From NCBI RefSeq assembly GCF_032191835.1, contig NC_083237.1, forward strand, positions 23,312,001-23,376,000: DNA of 64,000 bases, read 5' to 3'. The notes beneath the pieces were generated by a model, which saw only the letters and a list, made by a program, of their open reading frames with translations, ran no database searches and was not told where the DNA came from. Of this stretch, positions 24,930-35,735 are shown in pieces (the first letter of the stretch is position 1; every line of letters begins with the position of its first letter). The stretch is from Heteronotia binoei (taxonomy: Eukaryota). The position numbers were made by a program, and so were the translations under genes.

Positions 24930-25660
24930 TTCTGAGCAGGGCCGAGCTGGCATTGCAGGATGCGAGTTTCCGAGCTCGCCACCCAGCCCTTCTTCAAGTA
25001 AGCCGTTCAAGAAATGAAACCGTTTTTAAAAACCCGTCTCCGCCACTGAATTCAGCCCCCGAGGAGGCTTCTAGTGCTTAAGGCCTCCTCTTGCTGGGAG
25101 CCAATCCCGGCTAACAGAGGCCTGGCTGCACTCGAGGGGCTTCTCCCTTCACCCCCCCGAAAAGCGCCGAGGCGAGGACAAGTGGCAGCAGCGACCACTC
25201 TACCCCGTGCCCCTTCACCCCGCAACTAGCCAGCACAAGCCGAAAACAGCGCAATCGAGCGTCCGTTCCTCTTCCCCAGCTATAACCATCCTTTGCTCAG
25301 CGATTACGGAAAATAGGAAATGTCTGCTCCCCAGGCGCATGCGCCACTTTTTTGAAACTTCCGTACGCCCTCTTGCTGTCTTCTAAGAGCGCTCTACCCC
25401 CCGCCCTCTATTTGAAGCCTATGGTTTGTTTCCCCAACACCTTCCCGCTTCAGTACGTATGCGTGCGACGCTATGGAGGCCACTGGCTACCCACGCGCAA
25501 GCGCATCTGGCGGGTGGCACTGCGCACGCGCTTTCCTTGTCCATTGGCTGGCTGCGGGTGGATAGGGCGGGCTTAGCGCCAAATACAAACGGAGCTTGAA
25601 GAGTTTCTCAACGTTTCTTTGTGCGTCAGTCTCTTTGGGTCGACGAAGCTGGTGAGTGGC
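24930..25660. promoter_or_regulatory. CpG-island bidirectional promoter for PAGR1 (-) and KIF22 (+), including KIF22 non-coding exon 1 (donor at 25651|25652)
   Basis: NRF1-type GGCGCATGCGCC 25334-25345 and TGCGCACGCGC 25521-25531; CHR-type TTTGAA 25351 and 25411, CTTGAA 25595; ETS ACTTCCG 25357; inverted CCAAT 25543; GC box 25565; E2F-like GCGCCAAA 25576; donor CTG|gtgagt. Confidence 0.7.
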
Positions 25661-27265
25661 TGCATGGAGGGATCTAGAGGGATTTACATCCTCCTGCCTT
25701 CCTCGCGGCAGTCAGCTCTGTTGAGCTAAAAGTAGGGTTGTCAACCTCCAGGGAGGGGGACTGGCGATCTCCCGGAATTGCAACTGATCTCCAAACCCCG
25801 CAGGATCAGTTCCCCTGGAGAAACGGACACCTTGAGAGGCCATTATATTCCACTGAGGTTCTTTCCTTTTCCAAACCCCGCCCTCCCAAGGCTCCACCCC
25901 AAAATCTTCATTAATTTCCCAAAGTGGAGATTGCAACCCTAGAGCCTAAAAGGACTTTGCTTCCGAGTAGTAACTGTATCTAGGTGCTACCTGTGGGATG
26001 GTAAGGGTTGGTATCTGAAGGAATGGCTTAGATCCTTCGGATTCCTCTACAGAAAAGGAAAATGGATGTTCACTCTATGCTAAACAATGTGTTTTGCAAC
26101 TGGATTCTTACTATGTAAGTAGCAAAAAAATCCAGTTGCAAAACGTATTATTTAGTGTAGTATGAACGTGCCCAATGTGTATCTGTAAATGGCTCTGGGT
26201 GTTGGAAGCACTATATAGATGGGGCTGGTGTTGTTTGCTGATCATAGGGACATCCAGGTTAAGATTTGCCACTCTGATGCAAAAGCTGCCAGGGGGATTT
26301 TGAGCCAGTCACTCACTTGGCCTGATCTAGCTCGCAGGGTGGTTGTGAAGCCAAAATGGAGAAAAGAACACTGTTGTAAGCTATTTTGGGTTCCCACTGT
26401 GGGGTATAAATATTTAAGTGGGTATTACTATTGAATAGTGAATATTGTGGCTCTTGTATGAGTGAAGAGAGCCATGTAACAGGGCTATTCATAGACAGGT
26501 CAGGGGTCTCCACCTACTTGGGGAACTCTCTAGGTAGCCAGGAAAATACTACTTAGTAAATCGATTAAAACTAGACTGAACACAGGATACTGCATGAATC
26601 AAACATTTGCTAACTCCTACCCTGGCAGTGACTGGAGATCTTTCACATCACCAGCTCTGCGGCCCTTTCTTCAGGGAGGATGCCAGGGATTGAAACTGGG
26701 ACCTTCTGAGACCTACGATCTCACTGCAAACTGATGTGACTCCAGAATGGGAGGGGATTTGGACAGCAGTGGGGTGCCAGTGATTCTTTCCAACCACATT
26801 CTTTCTCCCTTGGTTTAATGTGGTTGGAAAGAATCACTGGCACCCAGTGATTCTTTCCAACCACAGTTTCTCCCAGTCTCTTGGTGACTAATATCTTTTA
26901 TATTCTACGTTTCCTCCATTATGGAATTCAGTGTGATTTAGGGCAGTGTGATTTAGGGCTCACATATAAGTACTGAGCAGTATCAGACCTTTGTTATACC
27001 ATATTCTTTTCAATCGGCACCTCAGGCTAGTTGAGCCACCCCCAGTCTCATTTGGCGCTTGTGGGGAGAGTGGGGTAAAAAATCCAATAAATAAATAATA
27101 TATAAATTCAATCCAAATGATCAAATGCAAAGCAATTATTTTTTTTCCTGTTTCACTATAATAAACTAAGTTTTAGAGGTCTGTTGCCTAGGGATATGAA
27201 GGTTGCCTTTAGTCATCATGGCAAGTACTGACTGCTGGATCTTTCCTCCATGAATCTGTCTAATC

Positions 27266-27479
27266 CAGGGCTGGCTAAACTTGCTTAATGTAAGAGCTGC
27301 ATATAATAAATGTCAGATGTTTGAGAGCTGGGAGGAAGGCAAATAGATTTGGGGGAGGGAGAGGTGGAAAGAAAGCAACTTTAAATGCCTTCTCCAAGCC
27401 AGCTGACGGTGGTGGGGGCTTTGAGAATATGTGTGAAAGAGCCTTGTGTGGCTCTTGAGCCACAGTTTGGCCATCCTTG
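27266..27479. mobile_element. hAT MITE (same family as 4643)
   Basis: 8-bp TSD GTCTAATC at 27258-27265 and 27480-27487. Confidence 0.85.
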
Positions 27480-27530
27480 GTCTAATCCCTTTGTAAAATA
27501 AACAAAACCAATAGTATCTTCACTATATAC

Positions 27531-27841
27531 CAGGGGTGGCCAAACTGTGGCTCAGGAGCCACATGTGGCTCTTTCACACATATTGTGTGGCTCTCAAAGC
27601 CACCACCACGCCATCGGCCAGCTTGGAGAAGGCATTTCTCTCTTTAAATCACTTCTCTGAGCCAGCCTGCCGGCGGCCTGGAAAATACATTTATGTTATA
27701 ACTGTTGTTTTACATTTTCCCTCGCTTCCCTTCCCTCCTGTCTTGCAGCTCTCAAACATCTGATGTTCATGACTTGAGGCTCGCAAGCATCTGATGTTTA
27801 TTCTACTTGGCTCTTATGTTAAGCAAGTTTGGCCACCCCTG
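27531..27841. mobile_element. hAT MITE (same family, opposite orientation)
   Basis: Perfect TIRs CAGGGGTGGCCAAACT; TSD CTATATAC / CTGTATAC (7/8). Confidence 0.85.
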
Positions 27842-28582
27842 CTGTATACCCTGACAGCAAATCTCACAGTTTCCATATTTTGAACTTCAAAGGTGCTTTT
27901 TAATCATTGTTGACTATATGCATTTTTATGGTAGTATGGTTGTTTTGCCTGTCTGCTTACTCTAATGACTTCATGTCTATTTATGCCCCTAAGTAAGCTA
28001 GTGACTTGGATCGGGCACCTAATGTGTGAATCAGTGTGTTGTATCAGCTTAGTTTTATCTGTAAATAGTTTTATGTTATAACTGTTATTTTACATAAGCC
28101 ATAATATGCCCAGAGGGAACCTTTTCATGCTGAAAAGTGGCATAAAATCCAAATTAAGAAGATTTTCCTGTCAAAATAAAATTACATTTCGGTTGTGGTA
28201 CCATACCTCATGAGGTATGATAGGAGGTTTATCTTAGGTATGCCCCTAAGTAAGCTAGTGACTTGGATCGGGCACCTAGCTTTGATACCTCTTGATTAGC
28301 AAGTGATTTGAATACGATTGGGAATGTGTGGATGGAGACTGAGTCTGGATGAGGCTAGAGCATATATCTATTATCCTAGTATCTGGCTAGTTATAAACAG
28401 CAGGGCTGTGAAACTCCAAATGGCTGCTGGTACTTCCCAAGTCTAACATTGACAGAAGTTTCCAGTTTCACAGAAATGTAGAGATCACAATTGAAAACCC
28501 ATTAAATGTTTCTTTGGGCACAGGGCTGGGTTGACAGTTGCCATTCTGTCTAACCGCGGACTTTTTCTCATCATAGGTATTC

Positions 28583-28782
28583 ATGACGACCAGCCAACGA
28601 CTAAGTCAAGCTGAGTTCCGCCGAGTTCCTGTTAAAGGACACACCCGAGTGCGGGTTTGTGTGCGACTGCGGCCTGGCGTGGGAACTGGGCAGGGTCAGG
28701 ATGCCCCCTGTGTACGAGGTGTGGATTCCCACTCACTGGAGATCCTCAACTGGAGAAATGAGATGGAGACGATGAAGTACCG
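28583..28782 (+). CDS. KIF22: KIF22 coding exon 1 (kinesin-10 family, Kid)
   Basis: Acceptor catag| at 28576, ATG 6 nt later; [10 protein letters not shown]...[16 protein letters not shown]; donor CG|gtgagt. Confidence 0.9.
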
Positions 28783-29280
28783 GTGAGTTGGGCAGAGGAG
28801 TCAGGAGGACTGGAGACCCAAGTGAAGGCTGGCAAGGTGTTCCCACTAGATTACCCTGGAGGTCCCTTCCAACTCTATGATTCACTCAAGGGCTCTTCAG
28901 TGCTCTTGTGCCACCCACCCAGTGAAAGCAGGGCCATGGACCCATGCCCCGTTAGGTACTTTCCTGCTTGCAACCATTTGCCTCTGTCTTGTTTTACACA
29001 TGAATGAGTAACATAAGGGAAGAACTCTCCCAGGACCTCTGTTGCTATTTGCACTGTGAGTGAGGAACCCCAAAGAGTCATTTGCTGTATCTGGGTTTGG
29101 GAGAAAGTGCCAAAGTGCACAATGGTGTCTCTCTGCAGGGGAAGATTCTTTAGATGTTACGGCTATTCTGGGGAAGCACTTGAGGGCTGGATGTGACCTC
29201 AAGTTGCCTCTCCCTATTGTAGAAACAACTGGTTTTCCAGAAAAGTCAGTGGCCTGCAAGCATGCCTTCTTTTTGGTCAG

Positions 29281-29408
29281 GTTCGATGCCTTTTATGGTG
29301 AAAAAGCCACTCAATGGGATATCTACATGGGATCAGTTCAGCCTATCCTGTGCCATCTGCTGGAGGGGCAGAATGCCAGCATCCTGGCTTACGGGCCTAC
29401 TGGAGCAG
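29281..29408 (+). CDS. KIF22: KIF22 coding exon 2
   Basis: [15 protein letters not shown]...[12 protein letters not shown] (first half of P-loop); 128 nt. Confidence 0.95.
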
Positions 29409-29540
29409 GTGAATATTGAAAAGGGGGCAAATGGACACAACCAACCTGGAGGAGAAGTGGGCTGGGACTGGGAACTGACCCAGAATTCTTCTTTGAATTT
29501 TTCTCTCCTCCCCCCACCTCTTTTTTCATCAAAACGGCAG

Positions 29541-29689
29541 GTAAAACACACACCATGTTGGGGACTCCAGATCAGCCTGGGGTAATACCACGAGCGCTTC
29601 GGGATCTCTTGCAGATGACGAGGAATGCCACGGGGGACGAGTGGAACTACTCTGTTTCCATGTCCTACCTGGAAATCTACCAAGAGAAG
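29541..29689 (+). CDS. KIF22: KIF22 coding exon 3
   Basis: GKTHTMLG...GVIPRAL...[11 protein letters not shown]; completes P-loop GPTGAGKT. Confidence 0.95.
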
Positions 29690-29958
29690 GTAATTGATGA
29701 TGAACTAGAGCTATATGAGCGAGAAGTGAAGCATAGAGGGGAGGAAGAACTGGGAGAGGAGGTTTGGGGAGAAGCTGGCGTAGAACAAGATGGGGGAGGG
29801 AGGAGCTGGGCATTATGGGAAAAGCATTGTCTTTTGGCTTGCAACAAGAGATGCCAGCATCACTTCTGGTCGAGCTCTCCTGTTAGTGCTTTGTCAAAGG
29901 CTGCTGATGCGACTGGCGCTCCCTCCTGGGACTAGCTATCCATGTTGTCGTTCTTCAG

Positions 29959-30399
29959 GTGCTTGATCTCCTAGAGCCCTCCCGCCGCGACCTGCCAATC
30001 CGGGAGGACCACAACCACCACATCCTGGTGCCTGGCCTGACACAGAAGGAGATCACCAGCTTCTCTGACTTCGAGAGCTTCTTTCTGCCCGCCAGCGCCA
30101 ACAGGACAGTGGCATCCACACAGCTGAACCAGCGTTCCAGCCGCAGCCATGCTGTGCTGCTGGTTTGGGTGAGACAGACCCAGGGCTGGCCCCCCTACGC
30201 ACGCAGGGCAGCCAAATTGTGCCTTATTGACTTGGCTGGATCGGAGGATAACCGGCGGACGGGAAACAAAGGCGTGCGCCTGAAGGAGAGCGGAGCCATC
30301 AACACTTCGCTCTTCGTGCTTAGCAAGGTGGTGGATGCCCTCAACCAGGGGCTGCCTCGGGTGCCCTACAGAGACAGCAAACTTACTCGCCTGTTGCAG
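29959..30399 (+). CDS. KIF22: KIF22 coding exon 4 (441 nt; switch I and II)
   Basis: VLDLLEP...NQRSSRSH...[15 protein letters not shown]...[13 protein letters not shown]; donor CAG|gtagtt. Confidence 0.95.
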
Positions 30400-30495
30400 G
30401 TAGTTGGGTTCTCTGGAAGGCTAGTGCATCTTATTGTCATTGGGGCAAGGAAGTGGCAAGTTTCGCCTAGATACATGCTCTTTCTGTCTCTCTAG

Positions 30496-30649
30496 GATTC
30501 CCTGGGTGGCAGTGCACACAGCATGATCATAACGAACATCGCCCCTGAGAAGAGATTCTACTTTGACACCCTCACGAGCCTCAACTTTGCTGCCAAGTCA
30601 AAGCAAGTGGTGAATAAGCCCTTCACACAGGAAACCCTGCCAGATATGG
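30496..30649 (+). CDS. KIF22: KIF22 coding exon 5
   Basis: [43 protein letters not shown]; 154 nt. Confidence 0.95.
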
Positions 30650-31791
30650 GTAAGGAAAAGTGGGACCTATTAAGTTTTAACAGAAGTCCTGCAGAGAGGA
30701 AGCTAAAATTATTGGGTTCCCTAGAGCAAAAAAAAAAGGGGGGGGAGAATTCAAAGAGTTTGAGAATATAGTACATAAGAAATATATAATAAATAAATTA
30801 AGGAAAGGAATTGCCGTATATGGCTGTTTATCTCTGGTTCTGGAAATATCAAAATGTAATTTTGCAAATAAATGGCAACAGATGATTGGTGAAGTAATTA
30901 ATGAAAAAGAATGGCAAGCATTTTCTCCTCTTCTGCTGCTACAGCAATATATATAAGGAAGGGAATGATGCTTAACAAGATCATCTGTAACTAGTACTTG
31001 AGGGTGAGGGCGGGATATACATCTCATAAAGTAAATAAATAAAAATATTTATCATCACATATAAGATGTATCTTACGTAGCAATCTGCATCTTAGAAATG
31101 TGGAGAAAAGGCAGCTGAACTTACACATTTTGGAAATGTCCAATGATGAAAACATTTTGGTCTAAGATTCTTAACAGAAATTTATCATATAATGAGAAGT
31201 GTCTTCCCTTTAGATCTCAAGGGGTTATTACTTGGACTCATTAATGCCTATTGTCCAGAAGTCAGGATAAAGATGATACTTGATATGGCAGTTGCAAAAT
31301 TGCCATTAGTGCAAAACTGGAAATCTAGGAAACATTTCACAATCAAATCTTGGATTCAAAAAGTATGATGTGTTGCAAAACTATCAAAATTGTCAAAACT
31401 TTATTTGTGAAACAGTAGTACTAAAAGAGCATATGTTTTCTGCTAATGCCTGGAAGTCTTGTTTTGAATTTTGGAGACAGGACTTAAATACATCAGACTT
31501 GTACAATTGTGCCTCACTTTTACATTAAATAGGAGGATGGAAATGAGTAATGGTCAAGAGGCAATGTTAATTAAGCAATATATATCAGCAAATTTTAACT
31601 TTTTTATTTATAACATTGTACCGATGATCAGGGTCACTGAGGGTGTTGTTTGAAAATGAGAAAAATGTGATTTAACATTGTATTGTGCATTTAAAAAAAT
31701 AAAAATTATGTTAAAGCAGGAGAGGTTCAGGGTAAAGATGAAACGATGGTCCTAGAATCTTCCACATTCAGCCCTTTCTCGCCCTCTGCAG

Positions 31792-31894
31792 CAGCCAAGA
31801 GACCTCGTGCAGACTCCAAGGATGCTGAGCCAGAGGCAAAGAGACCCTGCCTCGAAGAGGACCATCAACCCCAACTGGAAGAGAAGCCACTCAG
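31792..31894 (+). CDS. KIF22: KIF22 coding exon 6
   Basis: AKRPRADSKDAEPEAKRPCLEED (basic NLS-like); NAGNAG acceptor (31792 or 31795); frame-consistent. Confidence 0.75.
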
Positions 31895-32075
31895 GTCAGG
31901 CGCCAGGTCTTTTAGCAAAGAGGGTTGTGTTTGCAGCGTGATCGGAGTCTGGCTGCTTCAGGAGGGCACCATTTAACTGAGAAGGAACATGGCTTTGGCT
32001 GGTGTGGTAGAAGTTGTGGCCGAGGCATGATAAAGAACCTGTGAGTCTTCTCCCTCCCCCCCCCCCCCCCACCAG

Positions 32076-32253
32076 TGCCTTGATACCTCTGGAGAATCTG
32101 AAGCCGGCTGTGGCCAAACGGCTCTTGCACCTGGAGGCCTTGGAGAAAGAGCATGCAAGTCATGGGAGTTTCGGGCCGCCCCTTCTCAACACTCCCCGCA
32201 GGGAGCGGCAGCGCCTTGTGAAGCAGCTGGAGGAGACAAAGCAGAAACTGAAG
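32076..32253 (+). CDS. KIF22: KIF22 coding exon 7
   Basis: LAVAKRLLHLE-type segment and PLLNTPRRERQRLVKQLEE (CDK TP site, coiled coil); poly-C acceptor, donor |gtgagg. Confidence 0.88.
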
Positions 32254-32700
32254 GTGAGGCTCTTTCCTTTCCTTCTACAGGAGCGTGTATTAGTGTAGCT
32301 CAGAGATCTCCTTTCTCCTCAGTGTTCCATCATGGGTTTTTTTTGCAATAATTATCTCATGTGTGTATGTCATAAAATCACATTCCCGTCGATATATTAC
32401 TCTGTTTAACCAATTTTTAAAAACTAAATTATAACTTTGTGTTTTCATGGAAGCACTTCCAAAACCTGCAGCCTGAACCCCTCATCATAGTGTGCAGGGC
32501 TGTTAACAAGTAAAAATCAATGCCAATGTATTTTCCAAGGTCCTTGCTAGTCTCTGGCACCTTCCACCTTACCCACACAAAAGGATGAGGTGGGGGACAG
32601 GTGGGTTTAATCTCTGGATCATCACAGCACACTAGGATGTGAACCTGCTGGAAGCATCCCTGATTCTACTTGACCTCTCTCTCTCTCTCTCTCTCTGCAG

Positions 32701-32809
32701 GCTCTCCAGGAGATGGAGGCCAAAGCTGCTCAGAATATAAAGCCTGGACCTGCTCCCCAGTTAGTTGCCAACCCCCCCAAAAAGGCTGTGGTATTGCCCC
32801 TCCAGAGAG
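32701..32809 (+). CDS. KIF22: KIF22 coding exon 8
   Basis: ALQEMEAK...KKAVVLPLQR; (CT)n acceptor, donor |gtaagc. Confidence 0.85.
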
Positions 32810-32894
32810 GTAAGCATACTTGAAAGTCCTGCATCTAGATCCTTTCTCCTCTTTCTTACAAGATCCAAGCTCCATCCCCTCTTTTTCTGTCCAG

Positions 32895-32971
32895 TGCAGA
32901 CACCTGAGAAGACTCAAGAAGACGTCACTGTGACCATCATACAACAGAAGAAGAGAGGACAGAAGAGGAAG
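32895..32971 (+). CDS. KIF22: KIF22 coding exon 9
   Basis: QTPEKTQEDVTVTIIQQKKRGQKRK; phases 1 and 0 consistent. Confidence 0.85.
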
Positions 32972-33958
32972 GTCTGTGTGCATGAGGGGGTATGGGGAGG
33001 TTGGGACAGTTGTGGTAAGCAGAATGAAATGCTTAAAGCTGAGGCTGGGTGGAAAACAAAGCCAGGAAGAAGGATAGTTTGGGAAATGTCAAACCAAAGC
33101 AGAACAGATGCTAATCAAAGCCAATCATGCCCCTTGCTCAGCTATCTGACACCTTTTTAATAGAGACTGGATTTAGTGCTCCATACATGGGAAGGGAGTT
33201 CTGAACCAGTAGTTTTTGAGCCCTGTACGTTGTCTTGCTGACAGAGCCAGCGTGCTGCAGAGAATCTGGAGGTGTGGTCTAGCCCGTGTTCGTAATACAG
33301 AGTGTTCACCAGCACGGCGGAGCAGCCTCCTCTTTCTGCATGAATGAGGAACATGCCCTCAAACACCCCTAACAACAGGAAAGACCATTTGTTTACTTTT
33401 GTGTGTTTATGGGCTGCTTTGGAACTAAACAGTCTCCAGTGTGGTTTATGACAAAAATAAAATACAGCAGTGGTGGCAAGAGCCATCAAGTTGCAGCCGA
33501 CTGATGGCAACCCCACAGGGTTTTCAAGGCAAGAGATGACCAGAGGTGCTTTGCCATTGCCTGCTTCTACACAGTAACCTTGGACTTCCTTGGCAGCCTC
33601 CCATCCAAATCCTAGCCAGAGTTGATCCTGCTTAGGTTCCAAGATCTGCCAAGATCAGGCTAGCCTGGGCCATCCAGGTCGGGGCAATATGGTATGGATC
33701 AATCCAAAGCCAATAAAATGCAATCAGAAGCGGGGAGTTAGTTCCCAATAGTGCCATTTGCCCTGCCATACCATACCTTACAGATCTAACTCCAAGACCC
33801 TCCAGTTAAAAAAAAAAAAAAGTCTTTCAGGGAAGTTTTTTTCCAGCACTCCTCATTGGTGTAAATCCATTCACGAGTTTCTGAGATGTGTAGCAAGAGG
33901 TCAGCTCAGGAAGTGATCCAAAGAAGACAGTGTAACATCTCACTACCTTCTCCTTTAG

Positions 33959-34174
33959 CTGATTGAACAGACTTCGGTCTCTGGCTGTGAAAATGAGGCT
34001 CCCGCTGAATGGGAGATGGCTTTGCGTCCTGATTTGCTGGCTCGTGGCAAAGAAAACATCTTGGCCCTCCTGAACACGGGCTCAGAAAAAGACCTTATGG
34101 CTCTGCACCGGATTGGCAAAAAGAAGGCTCGGGACATTGTGGCCTGGAGAAAACTCCATGGGTCATTTCAGAAG
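33959..34174 (+). CDS. KIF22: KIF22 coding exon 10 (helix-hairpin-helix DNA-binding domain)
   Basis: ILALLNTGSEKDLMALHRIGKKKARDIVAWRKLHGSFQK; 216 nt. Confidence 0.92.
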
Positions 34175-34906
34175 GTGAGTAGATGCTGCAGAGAGTGTGC
34201 ATCCTTTCTCCTGACAATTAAGCTGTTGTGTTGGGAGGAGAATAGCTGTTCCCACAGAAAACATTATGTGGACTTTGGTCTGTTGCCATAACAGGTAATA
34301 CGGTCCTGACTCACTGCTTTGAAAGCTGGTGTGGTACAGTAGGAGGAAAGTATTAGATCAGCAAGACCTGGGTTCAGAACTTCAATTCATTGGGTGACCC
34401 TGATTTAGTTACTTTTTCTAACCTAACACCTCACAGGTTGTGAAAACAGAGAACTACGTACACTGCCCTGAGATCCATTGAGGAAGGGGGTGGGATAGAA
34501 GATATAGCCCAAAACTAGGGAGCCAGCGTGGTCTGATAGGCAGAGCTGGTCTTGATCAAGGGAGAACTGGATTCAACTCAATCTTCTGGGCAGCCTTGAA
34601 TATGTTGACTCATGCTCAGCTGTGGAAGAAATTAGATGCTTGTTCCAGAACGGTTTCTTCCATTTAGAGGAGATTTATAACTGTTAAAGTTGTCCAGTTC
34701 AATGAGTTCTGGGACGACAATGGACCTTCATACCCACAGCCTTTTGCATGAGATCATATTCTTCACTTTCCGGTAGTGTCACTGATCCAAACCCAATTGT
34801 ATGTTCTAGGTGTGCCTCATTCTGTGTTCTTATGCCTTGCTTGGTTTTTAGATATGTCCATCTCTGTGATTTGGCAGCTGTATCATGCCATTGCATCTCT
34901 CCCTAG

Positions 34907-34966
34907 GTAGAAGACTTTGAAAAAGTTGAAGGGGTCTCTGCCAAGCAAGCAGTTTCCTTTATAAAG
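34907..34966 (+). CDS. KIF22: KIF22 coding exon 11
   Basis: VEDFEKVEGVSAKQAVSFIK; 60 nt with AG/GT. Confidence 0.9.
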
Positions 34967-35690
34967 GTGTGTATTTGGTTCTGTTTATATGAATGGTTAA
35001 GGGGGTGGGGGGGAAGGCAGCGCTGTGTTTGAGTACATCATATTATGTATAAGCAATTTGTTCGACTTAAGAAATAGATTTTGAAGGCAGTATCCCTTGG
35101 GTTCAGTCCTGTTCTGTGGAAATATACGTTTTTTCCCCAGGAATTTTCGATAGAATCTAGATTGCACCATTGTTCACATTTTACTTTTTCTTGTCCCAGC
35201 AACCCCTATGTAGTTCTGACAACTGGAATGCTCTTACAGCTGCAAAATGAGTGGGCTAATTTGGGGTCCCCAAAGGAGTATGTTGCAACCTGGATAATCC
35301 TGGGTAGGAAAGGCTAAACAGGCTGGAGTTCCCTCATCAACCTCTTTGTCCCTTCCGAGACGTCCTGTAGCAGAGAGGCTAGCACAAAGAGGTCATAAGT
35401 GGCACATCTGACAGCCTGAAAGCAGAAATGGGCAATAAGTTCCAATTTACACACTGCACCACCAGGATGCAGTTTGTACTGGCCCCTCCTGAGTCGCCAC
35501 TTACATTGCTGCTCCAAAACAGCTTGAGGATTTGTATTAGAAGATGAAGGGGAGTTCAGAAATGGGAGCTGGGGAGGATCACTTTGCATTAGAAGTCATG
35601 TGACATGTACATGAGAAGTTCTGAAAGAATAAGAAACTATTTTAACATCCCTGTTTTCCTTTCCTCTTTCTTTCCACCCTTCTTTTCCAG

Positions 35691-35735
35691 GCAAACATCC
35701 TGAGCAGCCTAGGTGACCTTCAGTCGCTAAACTGA
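35691..35735 (+). CDS. KIF22: KIF22 coding exon 12 (last)
   Basis: ANILSSLGDLQSLN*; spliced CDS 1860 nt = 619 aa. Confidence 0.88.
   Translation, partial: ANILSSLGDLQSLN

Noticed and set aside
32041-32075. Alternative donor GTGAGT upstream of the poly-C acceptor in KIF22
   Set aside because: Would give a 35-nt intron, below vertebrate minimum size.
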